Source of the DNA: Octopus vulgaris
Taxonomy: Eukaryota
Direction: 5' to 3'
Length of the DNA: 64,000 nucleotides
Assembly (NCBI GenBank): GCA_951406725.2
Contig: OX597830.1
Span: 50,406,001 to 50,470,000 of the forward strand
The position numbers were made by a program, and so were the translations under genes. The notes under the pieces are model-generated. The model was not told the DNA's origin, made no database searches, and saw only the letters and a program-made list of their open reading frames with translations. Each line of letters starts with the position of its first letter. Position 1 is the first letter of the stretch. This document shows positions 39,269 to 54,145 of this stretch, in pieces.

Positions 39269-39485
39269 TACGAAGCGGTACCCAAAAGAAACTGGAATTT
39301 TGCTATATCATTTCATTCCCTTGGTTTTACATGTTTACACTTCTATCACCTTCAAAATGTTCTCCATTTGAAGCAATGCATCGGTCCAGACGCATTTTCC
39401 ACTGTTCGAAACAGTCCCGGAAATCCGTGAAGTGATGCCTTTAACGCCTCTGTCGTGTTCTGTTCGCTTCTACATTTGCAAAAGA
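39269..39485 (-). mobile_element. Mariner 3'-terminal fragment
   Basis: Minus strand encodes …QNTTEALK…DFRDCFEQWKMRLDRCIASNGEHFEGD; TIR-like TACGAAGCGGTACCCAAAAG at the left. Confidence 0.75.
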
Positions 39486-41279
39486 TTCCATGTATGCATG
39501 TATGTATGTATCCGACTCCATGCATGCATGTATATATGTATATATGTATATATGCATATATGTATGTGTGTGTGTATGTATGCATGCATGTATGTATATA
39601 TGTCATTGTTCAGTCTTATTTCAAGATTTCTTGCCAGTACAGAAAGAACCGGTTTCTAACCTAGATCCAAGGCTCCTTCATTGGAATTTCAACATCAACA
39701 ACAGCGTATGTATGTATGTATGTATGTATGTATGTATGTATGTATGTATGTATGTATGTATGTATGTATACTTGCACAAATTCACACACGCATTTATGCA
39801 AAAAATTTCTGCGAGTTAAAGATTACTCGAAGTTCCTTTATATTGTGTATCAATTGCTTCTTTTTTCCGTTTATTATTTCACGGTATCAATTCAAGTCGT
39901 AGCCCCAAATAATTAATGATTTATATGAACTTTTGTTGAGCACTTTTGCTAAAAATACCACTCTACAAAGAATTGTAATTTGCCCAGTGCAATGCGTCTA
40001 TAGGTGCGTTCGTCTTTATGTATATGTAAATATGTGTATGTATGTGTGAGTATTATGTAAATCTAAAAATTAAATTCTTGCCAAGGATGTCTATTTCAAG
40101 AACTTTTAATAATTAGCTTGTCGTGATCAGGATTATAGTTTTAATTAAACACGAAACCAATTTCATTAGCAGCAGAATCTGAGATATTTCCTATCCAGTT
40201 CCTGATTATTTATTCCACGGATCCTTACTTTTTCTACACATGCACACATATCCTTAAGGGACTATTTTTCCAGCGTTCCGTGCTACACTGCATCTAAATA
40301 ACTTTATTCGTGACATCGAAAAGAATTTAGTCAATTGATGCGATTTACTGTTCGTTTCAAAACCTGGATAGACACGGAATATGTTTGGAATCGAACTCGT
40401 CTTTGTAGTAAACATTCTACACATTTAGAATGCTAAAATGTTCTTAATTCGCTAAATCATTTATAGTTTGGTCAAAGTTTCGGCTGTCGCAACACCTTCG
40501 AATGTGTGAAGCGAATTATCGCTCGACTATAATCACCCGCCATTTGTCTTTTATGATGCCGCTCCTCTAATTACAATCACCTGTACACTGCAAGGCGATA
40601 GAATTGGTTTTGTAAATTCTTTGTTGTGTTGTTTGTTCTCTATTTCTTTAATGAGTGAATACCATTCGTTTGACTCTAACGATATGATTTAGTAAATAGA
40701 AAGAGGAAATTTACTCCAAGATGCCTGAAGACTTCGGTTTAAGATAGATTTTTACAACAAATAATCTCTTTATATAATAAACACACTTTTTATATTTTTG
40801 TTTTATGTTTAGAGCAAGATCACAATAAAGTTTGGCTGATTCCTCCTTTTTTCAAAGTCGAAATTCATTCGTCATTCTTTACCCTAATAACAATTTGAAT
40901 GGTCAATTAACACGAGACCAGTGTTAATTAACTTCGAAATTTGTTATTGAAATAAGTTACTGTAAGTTTTATTGTTGTCGTGACTTCAATAAAAACATTA
41001 AATTCTTTAAATTTATTGTTTCTACTTTTGTTTCCTTTCCTTATCCTTAGCATCAACAACTTCCAGTATTCATAGATTCATATATCAATTGTTATCGGGT
41101 TCTAATTCCCTTCTTCCGATAGGTTTATGTCGTTAAAATGTCCCTCTTCTCATTTTCATACAATAAATTCCAATCCAAAATCGCCACTCGACGCACCTTT
41201 GCTCTATAACAACTGAATTGATCTCGTCTGCTGATTTCCGAATACATCCCTCTGTCGCTGATGAAGAATATGATATAAG

Positions 41280-41520
41280 GCATGAGGACAGGTACATTCT
41301 TATTTGGTAGGTCGCTCACTGACTTTTTCAAGTTTCACTTAGAAAGGAAATTGAGAGTGGAGAGCGAAGTGCTGTCATCGAGTGAGTTTATTAACAAGTG
41401 ACTGAAATTTGTGAAAATGGCAAGAGTATAGACCAGGGAGTCGGAGAGAAGGAATTGGAGAGGGCAGTTGCTCCTGGGGATTCACGGAAATCTCGGACTG
41501 TGGGGTTCCTCAATTATCCC
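41280..41520 (+). mobile_element. Tx1/L1-like LINE C-terminal fragment plus start of 3' UTR
   Basis: FFKFHLERKLRVESEVLSSSEFINK*LKFVKMARV* resembles Tx1-type ORF2 ends; family assignment is inference. Confidence 0.5.
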
Positions 41521-41639
41521 TAGAGGTCTTCCTGTCTCAGGAGGGCCACATCTATATCATTATCGAGCAAGCTATCACTGTTCCTTTCCTATGGTTTATT
41601 AGAGATTTCAACTCAGTTTTCTGCTATGAAATTACATCA

Positions 41640-44290
41640 GAAGGAACTGTATTTTCATCGTTTCCTCTGCTGCTGTTTTCCAATACCCGTCTTTTGATAG
41701 CTTCGAGCTCTACTTTCGTGAACCTACAGTCTTTTCTCATTGCTCTAGCCTGATCATATAATCTCTGTTCTGTGAGTTCTCCATTGATCATACATACAAA
41801 TTGTACGCTCTCTACTTGTAATTTGTTTTATCTCTTTATGTCTTATTTCATCTGCCTCCAGGATCCCCGAATACCCATACCACGGTCCTTTTCTTATCTG
41901 CTTTCATTGTTTGCCCATTTGATATTTCTATTCCCTGACTTCCTTCAAATATTTCTCGTTTCATTTTCAATATAGCACACTTTTCAATCCCAAATTCCAT
42001 ACCTACATCATTTGAGAAAATGCGAACAGCATGTACAAAACTTGCAAGCTGCCTCTCGTTTATCGTACAAAAATTTATATTATCCATAAAAAGGAGAGTT
42101 CATCTAACCATATCCTTTATTGAAATCATAAGCTACTTTAAATTCTCGTAACATCAAACTGAGCGGTATCATGGCCAATAAAAATATTAATGGAGATAAG
42201 CTATCAACTTGATATACACCACTTTCTCAAATTTTTGTTTTCCTCCAATCAGTTCAGTATTTCAATGTTTCATACTTTAATTAACTCCCTATTTTATGCC
42301 ACTCCAAACATTTTCATTGTTTTACTTAACTGTACGGTAATATACCGTATACTTTTGTTTAATCCAACCAAACTACATTCAATCAGTCTGCGTCTACAAT
42401 TTCTAATATTTTTATCAACTAATAACCGGTCTTTAGTCACGCTACTTTACTTCCTGCATGCTTTCTGTTCTACTAGAAGTAGATTCGAGGCAATTTCTCC
42501 TCTTCTCCTCTGGAAGCCATCTACTCTCCTACCCTGATGCAATCTCCAGGGATACAGGCATCCAGCAACAGGACCTCCGTAATGCTATGATGGACCGTGA
42601 AGTCTGGCGTAGCATGGTAAATTCCATTGTCTCGACCACGGTGGAACAATGATGATGATGATGATGATGATGTTACTTTCCAAAGGATTATATAATTTTT
42701 GCCAAAACACCGGACATGGGCTCCCACATAAATGGTAAACAAGTTATAGGTCGAAAATTTGATATCAATCTACCATTCAAGAGGTCCTTGGGACTTACCA
42801 ACATTCGTCCACTTGTCATCCAGGAAGGGATGCCTCCCTGCTGCAGGCATTCATCCAAGTATGCTGCAATCATTTCTGTGTAAAATTCTTCAACCATTAA
42901 CCTTGTACTTCATCCGGGCCAGGTCCTTTCTAATTTGCTGCTTTTTAAACTTCAGTCTCACTGAATGCAGATCATTTCTGACATCCTTTTTGTCTTGGTA
43001 CATTTGCAAGTTGTTCTCCTCCTATGTTGGCCACTCTGCACTTTCTTTATGTCTCACTGGACTCTTTCAAAGTTCTCCCCAAAATGTTTTACTTACTTTC
43101 GCATCAAGAATCACTTCCTAACGTTGTTTCTCACTATATCCTTTAAAAGACGCTTTCTATTTGATTGAAACAATATATTCTGTTCAAAATCTTTTCATCT
43201 CGCACCATATCATTTCAATTTGGCTTTTAACGCCGTCACGTCTTATTTGCTTACTCTTTTCTTCTAAACTATATTGTTCATTCAATTTTCTGATTCCTAT
43301 CTCATTCTTGAGTTCTCTTCTCATTATCCTATTCAGTTGCCCCAATTCTTTCCGTGTCTTTTCTAGCTTCATTCGCATTATTTCTTTCCCATCTGGGTCT
43401 TCCTTTTCATTTTCCGTCTTTTCTTCAACAGTTTTCTGCTTCTATCCTATTATCTCAGCCACAACATTAGCAGCAGTTATGATTTCCTGATTTCTTTCAC
43501 TAATGTTCTTTGTTTTAACTAAACTCAGAATTCCATTTACTTTGCCTGTGGCTCGCCTTACTTTTCCTCTGTCCATATGCCTTACATTCGGTGACACTTC
43601 ATTGTTCACACCACACATTTTACCTCACAGCTTTTCAAGAATCCTCTTCTCTTCATCGTTCAATTCTTGTGAAACATTTACAGACACTTGTTCAACTTGT
43701 TCATCTTCCCTATTTACTTCATCAACAACCTCAGGCACATAATGATTTTTAAAATTTTCATTTTCTTTATCCCTATCTCTTTCTGCCACTGTTGTTTCAC
43801 ACCCTTCCTGCTCATTTTTCATTCTTCTTTTAATTTCTTCAACTTCTAATCCTGAAATTCAATCCTTTATGCAAATTGCCGCCCTTGCCTGATCTATCAA
43901 TCGTTGGCTGGAAGCTTCAAAAATTCTTTTTTCATCCCATATTCTCTTCATTCATATGATGAAATATCTTTTATGTGGCTCACTTTTCAATCACAAGCTT
44001 GTTTACCCCTTTTTCCCATTTCATTTTTGCACTTTTGATTCTGGTCCTGATCAAAGGCTTGATGACAATCTGATGGAGATTTTGATCAAACACTCCTTGC
44101 TTGCCGTGCACCACACCTTCCTTCATAACACTTCCGGTTCTGCTACGGCAATTATGATTTTTATTTGAATTTGACATCACTCATTTTGCGATAGCATTCA
44201 TAAGGTTGTACAATCACCAGCAGTTTTATCGTGACACTATCACTAGGTTGATTGCCAACCAAGGCTCAGAGAGTTCACACCTACCCTATT
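41640..44290 (-). mobile_element. Heavily decayed R4/Dong LINE (5' region and RT)
   Basis: Minus-strand motifs: QRLIDQAR…GLEVEEIK (N-terminal), NFRPITCLPFMW, GVYQVDSLSPL, LFMDNI, FSNDVGMEFGIEKCA. Many stops and frameshifts; the 5' boundary is approximate. Confidence 0.82.
42497..42672 (+). mobile_element. RTE-clade LINE 3' end nested in the Dong element
   Basis: LLLWKPS / LSYPDAISRDTGIQQQDLRNAMMDREVWRSMVNSIVSTTVEQ* followed by a (GAT)n tail. Confidence 0.8.
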
Positions 44291-46569
44291 ATCAATTTTA
44301 TTGTGGCGTTTGTTATATTACACTTGAAAGAAATCGCCGCTTGATATGAAAACAGAGGTGTGTGCTTTCCTTTAAAAAAATATATATTTATATACATGAA
44401 TGCTTTTCTGGTTGAAAAGTAGAAGATAATGTTTTTAAATAACAGAAGTAAATTGATCTAAATGAGACTAATTGTTTCAATCTATTATTTAGAAAGGCAT
44501 AAACGCCACAGAATCCCGATTACATGCGAATCGAATTGCGTGTGGTGTGTATTAATGTCTCATCTACGCGTTCTTTAAGCACAACTTCACAATGATTGGA
44601 CATATTCCCAAACTGAATATTATACCTCTAGCCATCTCTCTATTGTTCATTATTTTACTATCATCATTGATCTTTTCCATCGGAATTTCATTGATTAGGT
44701 CAACATTAGAACTTTTGCTTCACTTATGACAAAATAGAAAACACTCTTACATTAATTTCTACACACAGTTTCGTTACGAATTACATTCTCGCTTTATATT
44801 AAAACAGCTTTCACCATGGAACGAAATCAAAAACTTGACGCATCACAGAAACATAACAAAATAAAACAAGCGAAGAACTAGAAGGCAGGAAGTAAGAGAA
44901 TGTGGAAGATACACGAACGGATCACGGGAACCAACATGATTGAGCTGGAAAAGACAGGATATCTATGATATTGAAAGGAAAAACCAGCAAATATGGAGGA
45001 AGAAAACATGGACGATGAACAGCTTAATTATAAGGGAGAAGACTGAAGTGGGTGGGTGGGGGACGAAGTGCGAGGAAATAACTTGATAGAAGAACAATGG
45101 TCAGAATGTGAGAAATGGTTGTAGAATGGAATCGAATGGAACGGCGAGAAAATAACAGTTGTTTTAATTGAGAAATTGTGAGGGAAGAGAATATTGTCAG
45201 GGATGATTTGGTGCCTCTTTGATATGACATCAGAATGAAGAAATGGAAATTGAATTATAAAGCGTCAGAGAAATGGACAGTTGCTGTTTTCGATGTGATG
45301 TTTTGAAATTCAGGAATAAACTTCTAAACAGAGGCTGTAATGGCTAAGTGGGAATTCCACCTCTGCAACCTTATGTTGAAGATATGGAAAGATTCTTTGA
45401 CGCGAATAACGAGGAAACTAATAATTCCAGGAAAAATATCCGAAAGAATAACTATGCAGTTCCCTTTGTTTCACCTGAAAGGAAATTAGAAGGTTAGTTG
45501 GTGTATATAAACAAATAGTTGTGGTATATAATTTTCCTGCATTTTCCTTCGATATAACAGAAAACAGATTTCGTAGATAAAATAAGGCAAACGGTAGTTC
45601 TATCTTGTAGATAAAATAATGCAAACACTAATTCTACCACAACTGGTTTGGAAATACAAATTTGGTACCAAATTTCAACTTGGAATATTCTAAATATTGA
45701 TTTGCCGCTTCAAGTTAAAGTTTACCTGAAGCGGCATAAAGTTTACCATACGTTTGCGAATGCTGATGGAATTCTTCATGTTTGAGCAAGTCAATGTGCA
45801 AAGAAAACGCTTGGTAAAAATAATTCTTGATAAAAGAAAACAACAACAACAACAACGACAACGACGACAACGACGACGACAACAACAACAATAAAAGGAG
45901 AAAACTGTGTGAAGTGAAATACGATTCATCTTCAGAATATGGAAGATTTAATATGGATGCCATTTTCAAATGTTGCCAGAGTTCAAATATATTCACCGAA
46001 AACGGTCTGTGAAGAAATTTCTTTAACAATAATTGGACGTGATTGTGTCTGTGTGAGAGAAAATCGCTTCTATGAAAGTGTGTGTGCTTGTAAGAAGAGA
46101 TAAGTGTTTGTGAACACGTTTTCCTTATAGTGTGTGTTTACGAGGGTAGGTTTATCTTGTGTATAAAAGCATTTTCTTCGCATAATACTGTATGTGTATC
46201 GCTAACAGCAAAGTTTTCAGTGTGTAGAGAGCCACCAGCTCGAACGCAACGTTACGATTCCTTTCATCTGTTATGTGAGAGAGAAATGAGAGAGTAATTA
46301 AGGGAGAGACCTGTTATTATACTGTGTTACAATGGTGTAGAGAGAAACTTGTCGCTACTGTGATGGTTTTTCCTGGTCATTCGTCTATAATGTTAGAGGC
46401 ATCAAAAAAATTTGCGGATATGCATAAGTGACAATCTATCGTTTGCATTGTGTATCACGATTTTTGTCCTTGGGTAGCGACTGTAATTTCCAAATTGTTT
46501 ACCCCAAGGAAGTATGAAAGATGGCTAACAATTCGTTCAAACTTTGCTTTTATTACATTTATTGAAACT

Positions 46570-46719
46570 CCAAAGAATCCTCCTCAAAACATGGCTATGA
46601 TGCTCCCCCACTACTCCTGATCATGATCAGAGATACACGTATTATTAGTCACTAACGGACATGCTCAAGTAGTTAAGGTCAGATTTTAAAAGCAAATCTG
46701 GTATTGAGCAGAATATTTG
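46570..46719 (-). repeat. Old internal fragment of the (TAA)n-embedded repeat
   Basis: Aligns with 4450-4605 (AAAGAATCC…CATGGCTA.GATGCTCCCCC…TGATCAGAGAT…GGTATTGAGCAGAATATTTG). Confidence 0.75.
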
Positions 46720-46915
46720 TCTGACTGCCTGTCTGTCTGTCCGTCCGTCCGTCCGTCCGTCTGTCTATCGGTCTTCCTATCTGCCTACGTATCTGCCCTA
46801 ACCATTTAGTCAGCGGTGCTGGTGGCTATTCATCATTACCGCCAGAAACCGTTATTTTAGAAATATGAGAACTAGAAGACCACCAAATATTGTTTACTTG
46901 TAAAATTTTGCAATA

Positions 46916-46941
46916 ATGATGATGATGACGATGACGACGAC

Positions 46942-46972
<31 letters not shown>

Positions 46973-47132
46973 GTGATGATGGCGATGATGATGGTAAGGA
47001 TGATGATGACGATGATAACGATGATGATGATGATGATAATGATGATGATGATGATGATGATGATGACGATGATGATGATGATGATGACGACGATGATGAT
47101 GATGATGACGACGATGATGATGATGATGGCGA

Positions 47133-47163
<31 letters not shown>

Positions 47164-47208
47164 GGCGATGATGATGGTAAGGATTATGTTGATGATGACG
47201 ATGATAAC

Positions 47209-47270
<62 letters not shown>

Positions 47271-47496
47271 CGATGATGATGATGATGATGATGACGATGA
47301 TGATGATGATGATGATGACGACGATGATGATGATGATGACGACGATGATGATGATGATGATGATGATGACGATGATGATGATGATGATGATGATGATGAC
47401 GATGACGATGATGATGATGATGATGACGACGATGATGATGATGATGATGATGACGATGATGATGATGATGATGACGACGATGATGATGATGATGAC

Positions 47497-47528
<32 letters not shown>

Positions 47529-47641
47529 CGACGATGATGATGATGATGATGACGATGATGATGAAGATGATGATGATGATGATGATGAAGATGACGATGA
47601 TGATGATGATGATGATGACGATGATGATGATAACGATGACG
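46916..47641. repeat. ~720-bp (GAT/GAC)n microsatellite
   Basis: Read directly; source of the 279-aa poly-Met ORF. Confidence 0.97.
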
Positions 47642-47977
47642 GTGTTGGAGTTGGTACTGCCAAGTAGTTCAGATAGAAAGTTACGTAAGTCGGATGATGG
47701 AAGCGGTTATAAATGGACGTTGATCACGTTAGCCGTGGTGGTGGTGGTGGTGTAGGAGGTTGTGTTATTAGTCTTGGGTGGTGTCGTAGGTGATGGAAGT
47801 TTGAGGTGATATGTGGCAAGGTCGGGAAGAAGGAGGGGGTGTGAGGTTAGCGGGGAGTTGTTTTAAGCCTGATGAGAAAATTAACATGACAAGCCTTGTC
47901 AGATTAAAAGTTTGGTTAAAATAAGAAACTACCACAAGACGAAACTTCATCGTCGTCGTCGTCATCATCATCCTCAA

Positions 47978-47978
<1 letters not shown>

Positions 47979-48039
<61 letters not shown>

Positions 48040-48062
48040 GTATCGTTATTAAAATAATTTTG

Positions 48063-48096
<34 letters not shown>

Positions 48097-48102
48097 AATA
48101 AT

Positions 48103-48146
<44 letters not shown>

Positions 48147-48219
48147 AATAATTTTGTTATTATTATTATTATTATTATTATCATCATCATCATCATCATC
48201 ATCATTATTATTATTATTA

Positions 48220-48286
<67 letters not shown>

Positions 48287-48381
48287 CATCATCATCATCA
48301 TCATTATTATTATTATTATTATCATCATCATCATCATCATCATCATTATTATTATTATTATCATTATTATTATTATTATTA

Positions 48382-48461
<80 letters not shown>

Positions 48462-48527
48462 TAGTTTTATTTTTATTTTTATAGCGTGCTTTCACTTCAC
48501 TACCGAGCGCAGCTCTGTGTGCCTTGG

Positions 48528-48562
<35 letters not shown>

Positions 48563-48590
48563 GTTATTATTATTATTATCGTTGTTATTA
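47979..48590. repeat. (TTA)n/(TCA)n compound microsatellite with TAAAATAATTTTGT spacer x3
   Basis: Read directly. Confidence 0.92.
48459..48530 (-). mobile_element. 72-bp extreme 3' end of the Dong family seen at 23039
   Basis: CAGTAGTTTTATTTT…ATAGCGTGCTTTCACTTCACTACCGAGCGCAGCTCTGTGTGCCTTGGGTA matches 23040-23105; inside (TTA)n. Confidence 0.85.
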
Positions 48591-48780
48591 TCTGCTGCAG
48601 AGTTTTTATGGTTGTCAGTCATTAATAAAATAACTATTATCAATAAACCTGTTGGTTGAGCGACAACTTAAAAATACAAACATCAACTCAAGAACGATGT
48701 TGAAGATTATAAAAAAAGTACGGTTGTAACAAGGAAAATATTGATTTCTCTTTTGTTACAATACCTGGTTAATGGCTCTG

Positions 48781-48876
<96 letters not shown>

Positions 48877-49639
48877 GTAGCCTGACTGTCTGACTGTCAG
48901 TCTCTCTGTCTGTCAGTCTGCCTCTAGCCATCTATCCTCGTATATACATATATTAATACACACTCATACACACATTCATATATATATACGTACATATATT
49001 TACACACACATATATTTACATTTACATATATATAAACACACACAAACACACACATAAACGCACACACACGCACTTGCTTCTTCCTATTTCAAGAGTAAAG
49101 AAGATGCATGGTTCGTGTTTTGCAGAGAGATTCGTCCTTTCTTGCATTCTTTAATCTCTTATTTATTACTCAGTTTGCTATAGATACACATCGTTAAGAA
49201 ATACATCTTTGATAATAAGCGGCAAAGTTAACCAGAACTTTTTCGCAAAGCCTCAATACAGATCTCCGGTGTTCCTACGAAAGAGCTACGTTTACTGATA
49301 TTATTAAAGTAATCACTATCTGAACTGTTGGATCATTATTATTGAATATCAACAGTAATTTTTAATATATTTTATGGTTTTGTCTTTGGAGAAATTGATG
49401 ATAACTTTCTGGGTTTCCTCGATCGGTGAGAAGAAAGAGATAAGATGAGGTTGTTCTCAGATTGGGCTTCTGGCTTTATTGTTGATCGAAGAGGGGATTC
49501 CACTAAAGACATTGAAGGACCATCTGTTTTAGTCCGAACCAGGGACACCCAATGATCCCCAACGACCAGGTAGTGATATTACACAAGTAGGTGCATTGTG
49601 TCGACCGCTCTAATGACAGTAATAGTTATTAGTGATGAA

Positions 49640-49790
49640 TTTACGTTTACGTCTACAAAAGTCCACTCACAAGGCTTTGTTTGATTTTCGGCTACAATAG
49701 AAGACAAATGTCCATGGTACAGTGTAGTAGACGTGAAACCGAAACCATGTCGTGCAACTTCAGTTCTTAACCACATGGCCATACATTCGC
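49640..49790 (-). mobile_element. Degenerate 5' part of SINE family A
   Basis: GTCTAC…TCCACTCACAAGGCTTTG…GCTACAATAGAAGAC…GAAACCATGT. Confidence 0.6.
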
Positions 49791-50326
49791 CAATTATCTG
49801 AGTTCAAGTATTGCTAGGAGCGATGTATTCTTTAGTCTTTCTAGGGTAGGTGAAATAATCCACAAGGATATCCTGTTCATCATCAACCGCTCCTATAACA
49901 AATTCTACTCAATTGATTTTCCATCTGGATACAAATTCCTTTCAAATTCTTCGATAAAATATATTTGTTTTCCTCTCCTCCAACCGATATATCTAATATG
50001 CCTGAACCCTCGTCCACTCCCGCATGAAACTCCAACCAATCCTTCCTATTCAATATCTCCCTCTGAAAGTCATTTCCCCTACTTACATATTTGTGACGGA
50101 TGTTGAACTATAGAAGTTAAAACTATACAACATCAACTGCACCATCCACAAGCAGACGACACAACCTTTACAGGGTTACTCAAGTTGTTAGAACTTGTAG
50201 CAAAACCTCTTTGAAATAACATCCTATTTATCTAAAATCGAAGATAGAAACAAGACATATAGTTTCATATATTTTATGTCTCAATACTTGAGGAAATGGA
50301 TACAACTTGAAAAATTTTACCTCAAA

Positions 50327-50495
50327 GGTGTAGGAGTGGTTGTGTGGTAAGTAGCTTGCTTACCAACCACATGGTTCCGGGTTCAGTCCCACTGCGTGGC
50401 ACATTGGGCAAGTGTTTTCTACTATAGCCTCGGGCCGTTCAAAGCCTTGTGAGTGGATTTGGTAGACGGAAACTGAAAGAACCCCGTCGTATATA

Positions 50496-50566
<71 letters not shown>

Positions 50567-50785
50567 ATATGTTTGTCTGTGCTTGTCCTCCCAGCATCGT
50601 TTGACAACCGATGCTGGTGTGTTTACATCTCCGTCGCTTAGCGGTTCGGTAAAAGGAGGCCAATAGAATAAGTACTAGGCTTACAATGAATAAGTCCTGG
50701 GGTCGAGTTGCTCGACTAAAGGCGGTGCTCCAGCATGGTCGCAGTCAAATGATTGAAACAAGTAAGAGAGTAAAAGAGAGAGTAA
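50327..50785 (+). mobile_element. SINE family A (complete)
   Basis: Head, internal (TA)n, tail GGCGGTGCTCCAGCATGGTCGCAGTCAAATGATTGAAAC. Confidence 0.9.
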
Positions 50786-51302
50786 ATGTTTGCCAGAATA
50801 CGCCTGACACCGGTTGAAGCATTATAACTCCATTTCACCACACTGGCAAGTCATACAGAAGTCATGGACGATGTTTGTCCATTCCTTCCTCTGTGTTTTA
50901 TAAATCAAACTTCTCTTCATTGTTTCACAACCAGTAAGAAGAGGCATCTTATTATAATTATATGGAATGGACAGAAAAAGAGAAAAATAAAGAAATGCAA
51001 ATTAATTAGTCGTTTGTTTGATTATGTTATCATCGCTTCCTAATTAGTGGAGTATTATTAAATTGTTTAATAGTTTATTATCATCGTCCATTAATTGTTT
51101 ACAAAATAGCGTCCATCTTGAATAATAGATGGGAATACATCAATAAATGACACACCCACCCTCATGCATGGATACATACATATGTACATGCATACAGATA
51201 TACGTGCATGAACACATGTATGTAATATACATGTGTGTGCATATACATATGCATATATGCATATATGTGTATATGTATTTACATGTACACGCGCGCACAT
51301 AA

Positions 51303-51428
<126 letters not shown>

Positions 51429-51618
51429 CACACACATAAATATATATGTACACACACACACACACAGAGAGTTTCAAAGTAACTGGCAACCTGCTATTTA
51501 CTATTTATTTTTTTTTTTCAAACACGAAGTAAACAAATATTTGTATAAAGATTTATTCTGAAGACATGGCGGACTATATAAAAGATAACAGGCAACTGTA
51601 TCTGTGAGGAAGGGGGTG

Positions 51619-51619
<1 letters not shown>

Positions 51620-51655
<36 letters not shown>

Positions 51656-51862
51656 GGGGTAATGGAAGGCTGAGTGGGAGTGGAGGAGGAAAGGAGGAGA
51701 GGAGGAGGAGGAGAAGAAGAAGAACAAGAAGAACAAGAAGAAGAAGAAAAAGAAGAACAAGAAGAACAAGAAAAAGAAGAAAAAGGAAGAAGAGGAATAA
51801 TAATAATAATAATAATGATAATAATAATAATAATAATGATAATAATAATAATAATAATAATG

Positions 51863-51919
<57 letters not shown>

Positions 51920-51930
51920 GTAAGAAGAAG
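51620..51930. repeat. (GA)n, (GAA)n and (TAA)n microsatellite cluster
   Basis: Read directly. Confidence 0.9.
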
Positions 51931-52356
51931 AATGGGAAAATATAATGTGAACTCCCCCACAGAAATAAGAATATTCACCAAAAGAAACATCATTCCATGG
52001 TTGTAAAGAAAGAAATCAGAAGTCGGGAGATATATAAAAAAAAAAGAAACAAAAAAAAAAAAAAAGAAAAAGCAGACGAAAGAATGCTGGCAAAATCGAT
52101 ATAGAGTACCATGTTAGCAATTCAGGCAAAACTGCTCTGTAAATGGCAGGTTCCATATTTTTCTGCTAGGCAGACACATGTAGCTTCTTATTGGAAGAAC
52201 AATGGAGGAAATAAAATGTATAAGAGACTCAGGTGACTTTGGCTCTCGCTGAATTTAATTAGCCAATAGAAACGAAGAACGAGGAATACATCAACTTACA
52301 TTTTTCTGTAGCGAGGATTAAGAGGAATGTCTGTAGATTATATCAATTTAAGATGT

Positions 52357-52411
<55 letters not shown>

Positions 52412-52543
52412 GATGGTGGTACTAGTGGTCGCATATGTGATTTTACTTTTTGTTTTTCTCTCCAACACATATATAGGCGTATATATATATATACATAAAC
52501 GCACACATATATACATACACATATATACATATATATATATACA

Positions 52544-52590
<47 letters not shown>

Positions 52591-52725
52591 GTATATATAC
52601 ATACGTACATAGACACATACACATGTATGTGTATGTGTATATATATATATGTGTGAGTGTGCGTGTGTATATTTATATATATGCATATATACTATATATA
52701 TATATATATATATAATATGCATATA

Positions 52726-52774
<49 letters not shown>

Positions 52775-52867
52775 GCATATATATATATATTTATACATAT
52801 AAATGTATATGCATATTACATATTCATATATCCATCTCCATCTATACACACTCGCACACACACATAC

Positions 52868-52909
<42 letters not shown>

Positions 52910-53403
52910 ACAAAGACACGGAGTCGTGTGGGTATTTTCGTCTATTGTTACTCTGTTTAGGGATTTTAGGAAAACGCACTCACATACACATACAAATACA
53001 CACGCACGCGGGCACACACACACGCACACACACACACATACTCACACACGCACAAACATACACACGCGCGCAATAATGACTACGACATATGTTTATGCGA
53101 ATTCGCTCGTGTTGAAGGTTAAGGTGGAGGCGCACTAGATATACACAGAGAGGTGTTTGTTTTCTGCGCTCTCTAAATGTTAAATACAATTCTTTGATTT
53201 TCCGATGTCTAAAGTGGGTGAGTGGGTGCGCTCTGGGCGAGGAGGGAGATGCAATTTCGAAACCATTAAATTAATTTTCGTGAATCGTATTTCAGTGTTG
53301 CTAAATTATAATTATTGTTGTTTTCATGCTACGTACAAACAAACACACATGTACAGGCGTACGCTCGTGTGCATGATCGCACGAAGGTGTGTATGTATGT
53401 AAC

Positions 53404-53437
<34 letters not shown>

Positions 53438-53571
53438 TGTATGTATGTATGTATGTATGTATGTATGTGTGCAAGTATGTATGTATGTATGTACGAATGT
53501 GTGTATGCGTGCATCTGTGTTCGTATGTATGTATGTATGTATGTATGTATGTATGTATGTATGGATCTATA

Positions 53572-53640
<69 letters not shown>

Positions 53641-53767
53641 GTCTATCTGTCTATCTATCTATCTACTTATCTGACGAAGCCACCTTGAGCATGATCCTAT
53701 GAACCGTAAAAAAATTTAATACCAAGAGTTACTTATTTGTAAATATATGTTAATATGTGACGTAATT

Positions 53768-54004
53768 GCCCGAGGTTACTGTGGTCTTTTCGTACGTTTT
53801 TCTTTCCTCAGATCAACCTCACCACTTCTTGGAAACTTTTTGTACTATTTCGATATTTTTTGCATATATCCCCAACGATTTCGATCCATTTTGATCGTTG
53901 TCCCTATTTTTTTCCTTTGTTTTCGCCCCCCCCGCCTCGAAAAGAAAAAATTCTACATTGTAATTGTACCCTCTGTGTTTAGCCTGTGTGGCCAATAAAG
54001 AAAT
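53768..54004 (+). mobile_element. LINE 3' UTR fragment (same family as 6310-6615)
   Basis: CCCGAGGTTACTGTGGTCTTTTCGTACG…AACCTCACC…CGATCC…GATCG…CCCTCTGTGTTTAGCCTGTGTGGCCAATAAAGAAAT. Confidence 0.6.
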
Positions 54005-54145
54005 TTATCTATCTGTCCCTCCTCTTCTTATAAAGGCTTAATAAACATGTTCTCACATTAATCTATTGAATAATTCTTCAGTTTAATGCCAAATTGTTTT
54101 ATAACTCGACATAGAAACAAACATTAATATAAACACATATTAAAG

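Noticed and set aside
46916-47755. 279-aa poly-Met ORF and all similar poly-I/L/Y/H/K and CV/HT/YI ORFs
   Set aside because: They are translations of di-, tri- and tetranucleotide microsatellites with no coding signal.
48050-48160. Repeated spacer units in microsatellites that look like a CRISPR array
   Set aside because: Eukaryotic context, spacers are simple repeats and no cas genes; these are slippage duplications.
52070-53340. Promoter/enhancer-like islands (CCAAT, TAAT motifs) between microsatellites
   Set aside because: Short motifs are expected by chance in AT-rich DNA, and there is no gene or TSS evidence.
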